DNA of 63,409 nucleotides, counting the filler, from Diploschistes diacapsis (lineage: Eukaryota), in NCBI GenBank assembly GCA_023645945.1. It is 16 parts of 16 records of this genome, joined end to end, with 100 filler letters (N's around TTAATTAATTAA, not from the genome) between each part and the next. Parts side by side here need not be neighbours in the genome. Positions count along the whole stretch, not along the records: positions 1 to 21,149 come from JALAIB010000315.1; positions 21,250 to 22,654 come from JALAIB010003153.1; positions 22,755 to 24,158 come from JALAIB010003154.1; 13 more parts are not named here. The stretch is one strand, 5' to 3'. A program made the position numbers and the translations under genes. The notes under the pieces were generated by a model. It did no database searches. It was not told the origin of the DNA and worked only from the letters and a program-made list of their open reading frames with translations. Each line of letters starts with the position of its first letter. Positions within the stretch are counted from its first letter, which is position 1. Below are positions 11,236 to 24,258 of this stretch, piece by piece.

Positions 11236-12969
11236 TCACGATAGTTCTGCTGAGAACTTTCCCTTCCTACGAATTGCTGGTCCATATTTGTAGAACAGGA
11301 ATGGAATTGGGACCAGGCAAACGGCAAAGAACCCGAACACGCTCGTCGCCCACCCTATTCCCAGCGCCGAATACATCGGATTGATGAACAGTGGGAACGA
11401 AAGAGCCAGAATGCTCCGGAGAAACGTGTTCGCCGCGATGGCGCTGGCAGAATATATCCTGAACGTGTCGATCAAATAATTGAGCGCGCTTTGAAAGATT
11501 GTGAAGAACCCAAATCCGAGCATCACAGTTCCTATTACAGGAACAAGCCAAAAGATGGTTCGGCTAGCAGTCCATCCGAACAGAAAGCAGCCGCCCATGA
11601 ACACAACAGAGCCGACCATCATCGGCGGCAGCCGGGCTTCGGGCACTGGCTTGTTCCCGTTGGCTTCAAAGCGGGAGTTGTAGAAGCGTTGGTTGAGCAC
11701 GTTGACACAGCCTGCCAATACTACACCGACTAGCAAGCCTAGGAAGGGTAGAGAGCCCACAAGAGAGTTCCACCCGCGCTCCTCTTCGAAGACAATCGGG
11801 AAGGCCGCGAGATTGCCGTACAGCAACCCATAGACAAAGGAGGCGTAGAGCGCGACAAAGAAGCAGATGGGAGTCAAGAGCATGCGCAGAGGCCGGACAC
11901 CGAATTTGACAATCATTTCCGAAATGGAAGGGTCCCATTCCTCGTGACGAGCGTGCAAAGCCCAGTTGCCAGTCTTGATGCGTAAACGGGTCGCTTTGTG
12001 CTTCAGAAGGGCCGGCGGATAACTTTCTTCCAGGATCGTAATGCTGAGGGCCCACACAACAGTCATGAAGATCCCAGCGATGAATTGTGTCCAGCGCCAG
12101 TTGACTCCCGATACGACTAGGGCCCCCCCTACGATGGGGCCAAAGATGGGACCACCGACGACGGCAAAGGCGTAGAAAACAATGGCCGTGGCGCGTTGCG
12201 TAGGAGGCCAGATATCGCTCATCACGCCGCCGGTGTTGGTGACAGGTGCGGAGGTGAAGATACCGAGGAAGAAATGTGTGATGAGTAGGGTTTGGATATC
12301 CTTTGCGGAGCCGGCGGCGAAGGCGAACATGGCGCCGACGAAGTACGGAATGAGTACGGCAGGCTTCCGCCCGTAGATCTCGGAGATGGGACCCCAGACC
12401 ATTGGGCCAAGACCGAAGCCGGCGAGGATGAGGGAGATGTTGAGAAGGGCTATCTCTTCGCCTACTTGAAAGTCTTGCGATATAATATCGACTATCGGAC
12501 TTTGGATTGTGCTAGTGAAGGTTGCGCCCTAGAAAGGGGTTAGTTTACGCAAGGTAAGGGCAATCCCGATAGAACATACCATTGTACATAGTCCATACAG
12601 CGTTGTTGTAATGACCTTTTTCCGCAACGGCCAATTGAGGGGATGATAGGGGTCCTTCGGCCCATCAAAGTCCACAATCACATCCTGCACGGTCTTTACG
12701 TGCGACAACGGATGCGAGAAGGTGGTGTCAAAGGCTCTTCGGTTTGACAAGCTCTGCACTCGGCTAATGCGAGCGCTCACGGTTCTGGACGCTCGAAACT
12801 CATCCGTGTCTCTGCTAGGACCCTTCTCGAGGTCCTGGGTTCCTCCGGCATGGTTTCCCGGCCGGCTGTTGGAGTTGTGATCTGTCACCGAGCTGCTGTT
12901 CCTCGAGGATGCTCGTGTAGCATCATGGCCGTACGATGACGTGTTTATGTTTGTGATGGTTGGTGCCAT
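11236..12969 (-). CDS. MFS drug:H+ antiporter (DHA1 family)
   Basis: Exons 12969-12580 and 12528-11236. Motifs VDFDGPKDPYHPLNWP, GPMVWGPISEIYGRKP, NWRWT, PEARLPPMM and LNYLIDTF, with many hydrophobic segments. Confidence 0.93.
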
Positions 12970-13482
12970 CAACTTGTTTTGGCTTGGCAGCGGGAGCAAT
13001 GAGATAGTTCGACTTTGTCGATTGAGGGAAATCAAAAAGAGATGTCGGCGAGATCAAAAACCAAAAAAAAGTCAAAGAAATACACAGTTCGGTGAATCTT
13101 CAAGACCTAAAATGGCCTTTGCTGATTATTCACCGATCTACAGAAAGAACCCAGTCTAGTATTCTCACTCGGCTGCTATGGACACTACCTCACGATTGCT
13201 TTGCCGTTCTGCCGAGCTATGATCAAGCACCCAGTTCTTTCTTGAGGACTGACGTAGTAGGGGGTTTCCGCAGGCGTCGAAAATGCTCTCGTATGAGAGG
13301 ACATCAATCGCTTGCCCGAAATCGTTGAGCTGTTTGCTTGGCAGTTGAACATATGTTCATATTTGCCAACCGCAGTATCTTCTCCCACATAATAGATCCA
13401 TGGCAGCTTCAAAGCTCGTACTGAAAACGTGACGACGACTTTGTACATTAAACCCTTGTCGAAGATGTCCCCAACCCTGAGG

Positions 13483-14442
13483 CTACAAAGACGATCTCGC
13501 CCACATGCTCCCACCATCAATGGCAATCGTCGCGCCGTTCAAATGCGCAGCGGCTCTGCTGCACAGGTAGACGATTGTACCTGCAATATCCTCGGGCTCA
13601 CCTAACTTGCGATTAGGAACCATGGCAGCCAAATTCTCTGTGCCGCCCAGTACTTCCAGCAGACCGTTCGCCATTTTTGAGGGAAAGAAGCCTGGAGCGA
13701 TGTTGTTGACGAGGATGTGGCGTGGTCCTAGGTCGACGGCAAGGTTACGGGCTAGGTGGATCACGGCCGCTTTTGAAGCAGAGTATCCGAACGTGGCATT
13801 TTCACCGCCTGTTCCCGCTCCCAAACCAGCGATCGAGGCAGTGACAATGACGCGAGAGCATGATTCTTTTGTGGCTCTCTTCTCTAGGAGCGGAGCGAAC
13901 CTGGACCTTGTTAGTGGATTTGGACTTGTACCACCCGGTGTGTGATGAGTTACTTCTGTATCGTCACAAATACACTCTTGACATTGAGGTCCATGACCTT
14001 GGCGAATGCGCTCTCTGGATGTGTATCGAACTTCTCCCCCCAAGTAGCGCCTGCGTTCGCTAGCAGTATATCAACATGATCCGTGGTCTTTGAAACCTCC
14101 TTCACGAGACGCTCGATTTCGGAAAGCTTGGATGAGTCCGCCGGGACAGAAATTGCTTGTGCTCCTGGAGCTTTGTTTGGGAGAGCATTTAACGCAGCGC
14201 ATGCCTCGTCGCATGCTTTGGCTTTCCGTGAGGTGATGTAGACTTTGGAGCAACCCGCTTGGAGAAGTCTGGAATAAAGTCAGCAACAAAGAAATGGAGA
14301 CAAGGCTAGACCACAGCCACCCGGAAGCTGCATGAAGACCCAAACCTCGAGAGCCTCCCGTCACCACGGCAACCTTGCCCTCCAATGAGAAGATGTTCTT
14401 GAAGTCTCGTAGCTGGACCTGAGCTTCTGCCTCGCCAAACAT
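13483..14442 (-). CDS. Short-chain dehydrogenase/reductase (RhlG / gluconate 5-dehydrogenase-like)
   Basis: Three exons. TGGSRGLG Rossmann motif, VDILLANAG, catalytic YSASK, NNIAPGFFPSKM and IDGG. Confidence 0.92.
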
Positions 14443-14850
14443 CTTAAACTTGTCGAAGAATATGGATTGAAAGAAATTTGGGCAGGTCGAGGGGTTGTAA
14501 GTGTCAAGAAGGGGTAGACGCAAGGAGAAGTTTTGTGTAAGAATCCAGAGTAAAATCGATGCGGAGTTGTAACTGATACACTTTGGATTTACCTCGGCAG
14601 CTATTCAGAAACGGTTTGGACGGTTTGGATCAACTTAAGACCGAATCTATACTAAGCCAAGCCCCTAATGCTCCTTTCCCGTGAACGGGCAAGTAAGTTC
14701 TCAGGCATGTGCACGCTGCTTTGTATTACAACTTTGAAAGCTATTTGTTTCTTGGGGCTTGTGGGCCCTTATGTGTGATTGGACCAAGGATGTTCACAGT
14801 AGGCGGGGAACAAACTGTTGGATCGTATCATTTGACATGCAAAAAATAAA

Positions 14851-14932
14851 TGCCTCCATCTGGGATTGAACCAGAGACCTCCCCATGTATACAAACTACG
14901 AGTGGGGCGCTCTCCCACTGAGCTATGAAGGC
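14851..14932 (-). tRNA. tRNA-Thr (anticodon CGT) with a 10-nt intron
   Basis: Reverse complement folds as a cloverleaf: acceptor GCCTTCA/TGGAGGC, D-arm GCTC/GAGC, anticodon stem CCCCA/TGGGG with loop CT-CGT-A[intron GTTTGTATAC]A, T-loop GGTTCAATCC, followed by an oligo-T terminator. Confidence 0.93.
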
Positions 14933-15470
14933 TTACTATTTGAGTCAGGGATTCAAAAGAACTGTTTGACGAATATTAAGTCATAAACAAGAAAAGTCGA
15001 TTCCATAATATTCGCTAATTCGCCGCTACCCCCGCCTCTTCGACGGTGGTTCTCGGCCTACAGCATGATGGGTACAAGCTTAGAGATCGAGAAGGGAGGC
15101 TGTATACTTTAAATGTTAGCACATAAGCGCCAATAATACACCATCTGGCCCCTACTAATCATCAAAATTTAAAGGGTTTTAAAGGGGTCTATTCTACCTC
15201 TTATCGGATAAGCAGATATATCCATAAGAGCAAATTTATCCTGCCGACCTTTATACACCCTGGATCGTTCTCCGCCACTTTCTTCTGCAAACCGCAGGGT
15301 AAACTTGCTGACCGGCCATTATGGGGGCGTTTACTCAAATGAATCAGCAATGTATGAAGAACGGAGAGAAAGATTGTCTGAGCTAGGTAGAAAGTTGCAA
15401 GGATACTGATGTATCGGTGGTGAAAGAACCTTTTAACGAGCACAAATGGGTATGTTTGCACTAATATCAA

Positions 15471-15620
15471 GGCAAAGTGTGTCTGCACGGATCTGTAGGC
15501 GAGATATGTCTGCACAGAGTATCTGCACGGATAACAAGGCAAGATATGTCTGCACAGATATCGAGGCAAAATATGTCTGTATGCATCTCGTGGTAGACTA
15601 TGTCCATACAGATGGCAAGA
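15471..15620. repeat. Degenerate ~27-bp minisatellite (GGCAAGATATGTCTGCACAGAT-like), about 5 units
   Basis: Recurrent ggcaa-atatgtctgcac units visible by eye. Confidence 0.7.
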
Positions 15621-15983
15621 TAAAGTATGTTTAAAGGCATGCTGGGGCATGGCATGTTTATATCGATCGTGAGGTAGAGTATTTTTGCACGGTTCTTAAG
15701 GTAACGTTTGTCTACGGGAGGCAAACAGAATGTCTTATCCACCGTTGCCAGGTTGTCTGCTTCCTATTGTATAGAGTGATGATTATGTTTACAACACATT
15801 ACTTTTGCAGTCTACAAAAAGCCCAAATATTCACCCCAAAATGAATATTGGTGGAGGAAAGACCCTGGGCAATGCATTTCTAGAGCTTGTCGTCTATACC
15901 TTGACTGCTAGAATTTTCCTCGTTACTCCTGCACCTCTATCATGTTCCTCCTCGAGCGAACCTAGATTTTCTGCACTATTACG

Positions 15984-16141
15984 AGAGATATGTGGAGCCA
16001 GGGCCTGAAGTTTCCCCGGAAGCTTATCAATATAGGAGAAGATAGGTCTGGAGCTCTCCGATGAGTGTTGCACAAGAGATGTTTGGAGCGAGGGCCTGAA
16101 GTTTTCCCGGCAACTTCTCAATATAAGAGAAGATAGGTCTG
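15984..16141. repeat. Direct duplication of ~67 bp at 91-bp spacing within degraded coding-like sequence
   Basis: agagat..ggagc.agggcctgaagttt.cccgg...tcaatata.gagaagataggtctg at 15984-16050 and 16075-16141. Confidence 0.8.
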
Positions 16142-17336
16142 CAGTTTTCCAGTGAGTCATCATCTACAGGATTCAGGTGTAACGCATAGCACTTGTCATT
16201 TCATATAGCATATCCATACGTCTTCCCTTTTTGAGACTGCGATGTTTGTACAGAGCTACATGAAATATCTCTTGTTACAATACGAGCAACTGATATCTTC
16301 ATGTCTTAGTACTTTCATAATGTCGTCTAATACCCGTCCTTTTTATCGGATCAGCACCAGGATAATGAGCTAGCGTCAACTTAACAGCCAAACCACAAGC
16401 GTGAAAGGTAGGAGTTTCATTTGTTTAAAACTTTCATTAGGTCCTTATGGGCGTCTAGCTATGAATCCCTATACAAGTCTTCTTTATCTTGGCATTATGG
16501 AGCTTAAAAGGGGTGATGTTATTTTACAGCACGACACTGCAAAGGGGGTCGATTCTTTGCCTGAAACGGCAATCTGTGGTCTGGCTACGGTTTCAGTGAC
16601 TGAGTCTTGGATTTGGAGATAGAGCGGGTCTCGCGAAGCATTCACGAAGTTTTCATAAAGAAGCAAGATGAATTATTCTACTATACATTTCGAAGAGATG
16701 CCGGGTCTTTTAGGACCAAATGAACGCTTTGTTAATGAGCAATTCATCCCGCAACATTTAAATGCAAAACTCTTCGCGACTACCACCCCATCTCCTTCTC
16801 CTTCTCCCCCCCCTCCTCTTCTCATTCTTCTTCTTCTTCTTCTTCTCCTCCTCCTCGTCTCGAATCTCTCTCTCTCCGGCCTCGCCTCATATGAGACCTG
16901 TGCCTTTTACTCAGGCCTCGACTCTGACGGCAATCCTCCCTCCCCTTCGGAGGGGCTTCGGGCCGCTCGGAAGGGAGAGCGAGGCTGGCAAAGAGAGGGG
17001 CGCCAACCTGGACAATCGACCAGGTTCATGGTTTTCAGCTACAAGAACGAGGGTCTGCTGATTTTTTCCATATAGAATTAGGAGACATGAGAAGGAGCGC
17101 CAGGCATAGTTTCTTGTCCTATATACCTATAGTTTACATCATCGGCTTTCTCCTCTCGCGTGCTCCTGCTCCAACGACGAGAAGCCTCTGGCAAAAGAGA
17201 GTCGGGTAGCGGTGAGACCTGGGTTGTCTTGATGAAGCGCGCATATCTTGCCTCCCCGAAAAGTCTCCCTGCTCCCACTAGCCACGACCTGCACCTCGAC
17301 CAGGTCGATCAAGGAGCCGCCAAGCTCCGCGAGATA

Positions 17337-20166
17337 CTACCCAAAGCTTCCGAGTGTCTCATCCCAATGCCTCCAGTCAAAGTCGTGCAGCGCATTTTCT
17401 GCTTCGGCTGCTTCCGCCTCTATATCCAGGCCCGCATCGGCGCGGGCCCCAGCACCAGCACCTGCTGCTAGCCCTCCTGTCGGCACCGTTGGCAAAGACC
17501 GCGGAATCGGCGCAGGCTGCGGCGTTGTACTGTCTGGCGACCGCCATCTTGCAGACCCAGAGGACCAGACGACTTCCGGGTCGAAGCCAGCCTTGCGCCA
17601 TGCTTTTTCGCGCAGCATGCGCAAGATTCTCCACGCAGTTTGGCCACCCTGGAACAGCGGGCGCGAGACCGGTACTCCGTCTTCTGCCGTCGAAACGCCA
17701 CCGTCCGGCGTGGTGAGTTCAAAGGTCTTGTCGATCAGGATCCTGAAGTGCATGGCTTTGTCACTGCTCGGCCGCTGGTAGAGATCGGCCAGCAGTACCA
17801 TCAGGGGATGCAGGGGCTGATGGCAGCCGGGCCAGCACCAGTGGAAGGGCTGGTAGACCGGGTTGGTGACGATGTCGATGAAGTTTTCCAGATACTCACA
17901 AGCATAGGGCAGGACGCTGTCGGCTACCTGTTCCCACACATTGGCGCCGGGATCGCGCAGGAAGGGCTTGTGCATGACGCAGTAAGCTCTTAGAATCCCC
18001 ATTTTCAGCCACTTCCTTGCCATGGCGTGGAAAGCGAGCCAAGCCCTCCGCTGCAACTCAAATTCGTCGCTGTCCATTTGCGCTCGAGCCGTGATGCCGG
18101 CGCTCTCTAACAGCTCCTCATAGTAGCCATCGTTTGCAGTGGTCGGTAGCATCTCGCCGTTGTCCGCAAGGGTGTTCGGTATGCGATCGATGCGGCTGTT
18201 GAGTTCTTGTTTGAGATCCTGAAAGAGCCGCTGGCAGCGCTCGAGCTCCTCGTTACCCACGGTCCTTACGTTAGCCATTATTTCATTCATTCTGGCAAGG
18301 TAGGTAGCGTGTATGTGCTCCCCCCGGTTCAAGACTAGTACAGGCGAGACGTAAGAGGCGTTACCGCCCTGTATCGGATCGTCACAATTTTCGGGGTTCC
18401 GGGCTCCGGATGCTACGTCGCGCAGGTACTGGGTTGCCTCATCGCTGCCCAAAAGGGGATCCTTGATCTCGGCTATGGGCTTCACGTCCCAGTATAGCCA
18501 GTTTACGACCGGCGGTAGTCCGGTAAAAGAAAAACACACGGAGTCGAGAAAGACGATATGCCACCACGTTCGCCGCCGGATTTCGGCTTCTTGATAATCC
18601 AGTCCCATGTTGAGGGGTTCTCTGTGCAGGCCAAGGGTCTGTGCCAGCTGGACGATCATACTGAAGGAGAGCTGCGAGATCATCATTTCTTCCTCCCTTA
18701 CGCTCATTGACTCTATGATGATGTAGGCAATTAGTCCGTGAAGGTGCGGACGGCGTAGAAAAGACATGGCGTTCAAGCTCTGGATGACTTTTCGATTCAT
18801 TCGTTTCGAGAGCGATGTTTTCGTCTCCCCATTAAAGAATTTTGCGATTGACTTCATGCTCAGGCTGAGCGAGCCTCCATAGAATATAGCCCAGAGGAGC
18901 GGAATAAATGTGGAATTCCTATACAGCTCTTGATATCCCGAGGCCCGCCACCTGAAGAACTCGTCAAAGCGATTTTGAAGATAAGGAATCTGAGCTAGAA
19001 TATAGACAGCATTACAGCCAGTGATATACGAGCGATAGAGTAGGTCACATTGCCTCTTGTTCGGAAGACCTTCGAGTAAGTCATCTGTGAGGATGGTAAA
19101 TGGCCAGAATTGAACACTGGGCTCGAGTGCTACCTGAAGGTTCTGTTCAGGAGCTCCTTTGTGAAGTTAATTAAATTTCATAACCCTTCGAAAATTGGAT
19201 GATTGCAAACCGAGAAAGCGCCCTTGGTTTGGATATGATAACTTGCCAGGACCGGCAGTTGCCCCTGGATCGTCCGACGACGGAAGCCCCGTGTTTGAGT
19301 ATTGGTCGTCGAAAATTACCTTTATTTCTGCCAACTGCGCACCAACAAAAGCCCAATGGGTGCTGCCGATATAGCGGGTGTGACCCTTTCACAAAAGTGA
19401 GTTCAAGAAGAAGTAAGGAATTGGTAGCAACGTACTTCATTATCGTGTAATATATACCCCAACATCTCTGGTCTCGGCGGGCCTCTATCAGGAAGACGAG
19501 ATTCAAGAGAATCCAATGCATTTCCGGTCTTCGCTCGACGATACGACGACGTTTCTTCTGGCTCCATCAGAGCAGAGCCGCGAGGTCCTGGCAGAACGCG
19601 GTCCGGCAACATTTGCGGACTTGACGCATTTGAATCAGCAGCATAAGGCTTCTCTGATAATATCTCCACCATTGCAGTCAACCTATCCAGCTTCGATTCG
19701 AGTTCAGTGGAAATGGGCACGAGACCTCCGCGGAGGCTCACCCTCATCCTCATGTGAGGAATGGGGGGGGCCAGATCCCCGTCTTCGCTTGCCAGAACTC
19801 CCAGAAACCTGCCCCGATATCAGGTCCTCAAAATTCGAGGGGCTTCTCGCTGCAGCATCGAATGTGCAATGTTCGTTCAGCTTCGTGCAATTACCGCATA
19901 CTGGCTGAGTCTGGAAGCCCGATTAGTAATGTCCGAGCAAAGCGATTGGTGTCTAAACTGACATACTCTGTCGCATTTGATTTTACGCCTTCAACGTTAG
20001 TCCTGAACCTCTCTTCGAATGTTCCCAGACTTACCGACGACAGCTCAAGCAGCTATATATCGTCCTATTGCGAGTAATTTGCTTCGTACTTCAGACTCGA
20101 CACGCTCTGTGCAGAGTCTAGGATGTCCGAGCACCAGGTCTACTGGATCGGAGAAGCTGGTGTCAT
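17337..20166 (-). pseudogene. Zn(II)2Cys6 transcription factor with fungal-specific TF domain, apparently disrupted in its 5' half
   Basis: Spliced binuclear cluster [29 protein letters not shown], coiled coil ELESKLDRLTAMV, RYIGSTHWA, and MHR motif LAQTLGLHREP...EAEIRRRTWWHI. Frameshift at ~19710-19770, in-frame TAA at 19167-19169 (skippable only by a longer intron) and an unclear start. Confidence 0.7.
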
Positions 20167-21149
20167 GCAGCCCCAGCGCGCTCCCGATGTGCTAAGAGCA
20201 GTCTTAGTAAGAATCGAGAAGCGCAAAAAGTCAAGTATGCAGTCATTGCAGGCTCTCCCCATCGTAGCTAGTCAGTGAGAACTCTTGCCAGGCTTTACAA
20301 ATACACTACAACAAGTGCTTTCTTCGTGAATATTGGATTGAAACAGCCGGATCCTCTCCGACTGGCAGGTACGATGAAGCCTTACAATGAAAGTCTTGTT
20401 CAACCTACACAGATGAGCTACTCAATGAGAAGAAAAAAAGAGTTCACAACCAAGAACAGGCAGCAAAGGCTGCAGCTCTCACGATAGCGCGAGTCTCACC
20501 GCCAAAGCTGTATTGTTCTGAGCACTTCTTGCAAGGATGGCTACCTCCTCCTGCACAGCACAGAGAAAAAATTGATCACACCTAAAGGGCTGTTTCATTC
20601 CGAGAGCTGTATACACGTTGTATGGAAATTGAGGAAAACTAATCGAACCTCGTAGGCATCTGTGTTTGTGGCAGAACTTCCCACCGTGAAGGTTTCCGCA
20701 TCCCTGTTCCACGATGTGTCCCCGCTGTGCCCCTCTACTTTATGCAATGCATAATGAGCATCTAACCTAACTCTATAATAGCTGCCATGACATGCGCCAG
20801 CCACATCAGCACAGACCTGCAATGAACGTCGCCATGGGCACTTCCATAGAATACATGTGAGCACGCCAAACAGCACCACGCCGTTCTTCGTCCTCGCCAT
20901 ACCCCTCGACCCGAGAACCACATAACAGCTCCAAATGCCATCAAAGCAAAACGAGCCCCTAGGCCTCCTCTCTAGATCCGCCGGCATGCAGCCCGATCCC
21001 ATCGGGGCTCCGCTGATGGAGGTACGTCCCCAAGCTTAACCACCTCCCTCACCGACCTTAACCTCCGCACACATCTTCAATCACCCTCTTCCCTTTCTCC
21101 TTTTCCCTTCTCACCTACTCCTTCTTCCATCCAACCACCTCCTCCCTCC

Positions 21150-21249
21150 NNNNNNNNNNNNNNNNNNNNNNNNNNNNNNNNNNNNNNNNNNNNTTAATTA
21201 ATTAANNNNNNNNNNNNNNNNNNNNNNNNNNNNNNNNNNNNNNNNNNNN
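21150..21249. other. Artificial contig spacer with six-frame stop linker; repeated at 22655, 24159, 25663, 27167, 28671, 30174, 31674, 52916, 54416, 55916, 57416, 58915, 60414 and 61912
   Basis: Identical 100-nt N-TTAATTAATTAA-N blocks occur 15 times. Confidence 0.98.
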
Positions 21250-21529
21250 CTTTAATATATCTTATATCCGTTCTAAGCGAGCCTATAACATTTCTACGTA
21301 AGAACGATTACGGCGTATATATTCCGAATATTTTAAAATTTTAAAACTAGACGGTATAACGAAACAAAACTTATCGTTAAAAGAATAATATTTATAAAGA
21401 AAAGCGGTAAGGATTTTATAACGAGCGATAGAACGAGAAAGTTAAATTCGTTCGACGGACCGATTACGAAAAATTAAAAAAAATATCGTTATTTCACGAC
21501 TGGAGATTCTTTTTTATTTAATACTTATA

Positions 21530-22035
21530 TTAGATCTTTCGGCGAATTATCGGGCCGATAATATTGAAAGAAAATAATAATATTACGATTTAAGTATCAG
21601 ATTTAACACGTCCTAGTTTTATATATAGGTTAATTACGGGATCAGAGGTTACGTAATACGTTTATTATTCGCGTTTATTCTCGTAAACGGCGAGTAAGCT
21701 TTCGTTATCGCTCGATGATCGCGTTTATTCTTATAAACGGCGAGCCTCGAGAATATCGCTCGTTAAGTTTACGATAAACGGCGAGCGAGTTAATTATATA
21801 TAAGCACGACTTTACCTTCGTAGAAAAGGGCGTGTTTATTTTTATAAATATCCTTAATTATTATTCGGATCAATTTATATTCGTTATTTTTATCGTTTAA
21901 AAAGCCTTCTTTCTAAAGATAATCCAAGATCTATAACTGCTCTATCTTCTTTTCCTGCCACATTCTTCTTCTAACAGAGACCAAACCCACCTTGATCCTA
22001 CTCATGTATACCTTGTATAGATAGAGATCATAACA
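21530..22035 (+). mobile_element. RIP-mutated LTR, family D (ends ...GATAGAGATCATAACA)
   Basis: Shares agagaccaaacccaccttgatc...gatagagatcataaca with copies ending at 31400, 58456 and 62885, and with inverted copies starting near 59619 and 62142. Confidence 0.75.
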
Positions 22036-22049
22036 CGTAGGAATAAGAT

Positions 22050-22324
22050 ATTATATTATCGAGGGTTGGGCCTAATTCGGAAGAATTACGTGTAGTTAGG
22101 TATCTATAGGTAAAAGGTCTCGATTCGAAAAGCTAAAAAAGAAACTATTTAGGTGGGAAGAAGGCACCGTTAAGTAATATAGGTATCAGATTTATCGGAG
22201 TTCGGGGACTACCCGTCTACACAGCCACACCCTGACCATGCCGTGTCTTGGCAAGCACCTGGGCATTGACCCTGCTGTGGCTTGGCAGGCCCAGCTTGGC
22301 AGGCCCCTGGGCTGGGCTGTCTCA
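22050..22324 (-). mobile_element. LTR family E copy (starts TGAGACAGCCC) with one full and one partial 34-bp internal repeat
   Basis: Homologous to 54635-55020 and 56850-57165. Confidence 0.75.
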
Positions 22325-22559
22325 ACTCTATCGAATTATTTATGTTCTAATTGACGTAATGTCGTAAATATTGTTCGAAAGTCTGATTCATTCTTTTTCG
22401 TTTAATCGTCTGTTTATGGGTGGTAAGCATTTAAATGCTTCAGCTTCGTGCCGAACGCTTTTATTATGATTTTCCAGTATTTTAAGGTAAAGAGCTTGTC
22501 TTTATTATTAATGATTTTTTTTAGATATTTATAAATTCTCACAACTCGATTTATCTATA

Positions 22560-22654
22560 ACGTGTTTGACGGGGATTCCGGCCACCCCCAGATTCCGGCC
22601 ACTTTTGCCAAGAAATAGTTTAAATCTTCAATAATTCTTCGAAATTAATCGTTA
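22560..22654 (+). mobile_element. pogo/Fot1-like DNA transposon, left TIR
   Basis: TA followed by ACGTGTTTGACGGGGATTCCGGCCACCCCCAGATTCCGGCCAC; same end at 57607. Confidence 0.8.
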
Positions 22655-22754
22655 NNNNNNNNNNNNNNNNNNNNNNNNNNNNNNNNNNNNNNNNNNNNTT
22701 AATTAATTAANNNNNNNNNNNNNNNNNNNNNNNNNNNNNNNNNNNNNNNNNNNN

Positions 22755-23720
22755 GAATTAAAGATTTAGAATGTTATTAAATAAACGTTAATAATGCGTT
22801 TATCGAAATATTATTAATATATTAAATTTACATAATCGTATTAGAAAGATATAACGTTTTAAAGGATATCGTATTTAAAATTAATAAAAGTTTATATAAA
22901 TTAAATAAGCGACTAAAGATTAATATAAAGAATACGATAATATAATCTTAAATTTAAGATTCGTTCGATCCAATATTAACCCATACGTCTTCATTTTGCG
23001 AAATCGAAAGCTATTAAGTAGTTTTTACGTGAACGATATTATCATAACAGCATCGGACCTACAAGATGTATACTAGTTTAAAAGAACACTAACTGAACGC
23101 TACAAGGTTAAGGATCTGGGAAAGATAAAAAAGCTCTTAGAAATAAGAGTTCAGCGACAGCGTAATTCAGGTTCAGTAGGTTCAACTAAACTGACCCTAA
23201 ATCAAAAGACATACGTCGAGAAGATGCTCCAACGTTTCAAAATAATAACGAATACATACAAGAACCAGAAAATACCGCTCAATAAATATAACGACATTAA
23301 ACTAGATAAAGAATCCTTCGAAATAATCAATAAAACATAATATCAAAAAATTATTAATAATATCATGTATTTAACGATCTATACAAGACTAAATATCGTA
23401 TTTACTATTAAAAAATTAAATTAATACATAATTAACCCATACATCCATTATTTGTATATTATAAAAAGACTACTCCGCTACATTCGAAAAACAAAAGATA
23501 CTAAAATTCAGTTTAATACTAAACCTAAACTTTTAAAACTACGGGGATATTCCAATACAAATTATAAAAAAAACAAATCAAATCGAAAGTTTACGTATAA
23601 ACACATCTTTCAACTATACGATAAACCAATATCTTAAACAAATAAAAAACAAAACTCAGTTTTAACGTCAATTACAAAAGCTAAATATATTAATTTATCT
23701 CACGCCGCTAAATAAACCTT
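22755..23720 (+). mobile_element. Ty1/copia reverse transcriptase-RNase H remnant (RIP-degraded)
   Basis: Degenerate motifs readable as QIDVNNAF, KSLYGLKQA, YVDDIII (here FYVNDIII), DLGKIKKLL, IMYLTIYTR, LRGYS and STEAEY-like, with many TAA stops. Confidence 0.85.
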
Positions 23721-23724
23721 ATAA

Positions 23725-24158
23725 TGTAAACATAAAAGTAGGCGGCAGACTTGGTGGGGGTAGTCCCCACAGGGCAGCTCCATTTAAGGAGGCCTGCTAG
23801 GTAGCTCTAGACAAGGAATGCATCCTACACTTCACAAATGTCCTATCTAGGTATGCTGTTGACTACGAAATCACATTACATTCTCCTACTACATCACCTA
23901 CGATTATCTACCTATTATAACAAAAAAAGTCTCCCTAGATAGCGCGCCTTGTGTTTATAATGGGGGCTAACCTAAGGACTTGTCTAAGGACCCTTCCACA
24001 TCTTACGAAAGGTAAGGAGAAAGTTACGATCTAAAAGCTTTAAACATAATAAAAAGATATTATTTATAAAAATATAAAAAAAGAAAAAAAAAATATTTAA
24101 TTATTCTTAAATGACCTGCCAGTATTGAAAAGATAAAAAAACAGAATTTAATTAAGAT
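23725..24158 (+). mobile_element. LTR family A (starts TGTAAACATAAAAGTAGG) inserted in copia pol; inverted copy at ~26500-26889
   Basis: Near-identical sequence on the opposite strand at 26500-26889, also abutting copia pol sequence. Confidence 0.75.
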
Positions 24159-24258
24159 NNNNNNNNNNNNNNNNNNNNNNNNNNNNNNNNNNNNNNNNNN
24201 NNTTAATTAATTAANNNNNNNNNNNNNNNNNNNNNNNNNNNNNNNNNNNNNNNNNNNN

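Noticed and set aside
16668..17075. ORF with a poly-Leu stretch as a membrane protein
   Set aside because: The hydrophobic run comes from a CTT/CTC microsatellite; no other support.
21150..21249. TTAATTAATTAA as a conserved biological motif
   Set aside because: Always centred in identical N-runs; it is a six-frame stop linker added during concatenation.
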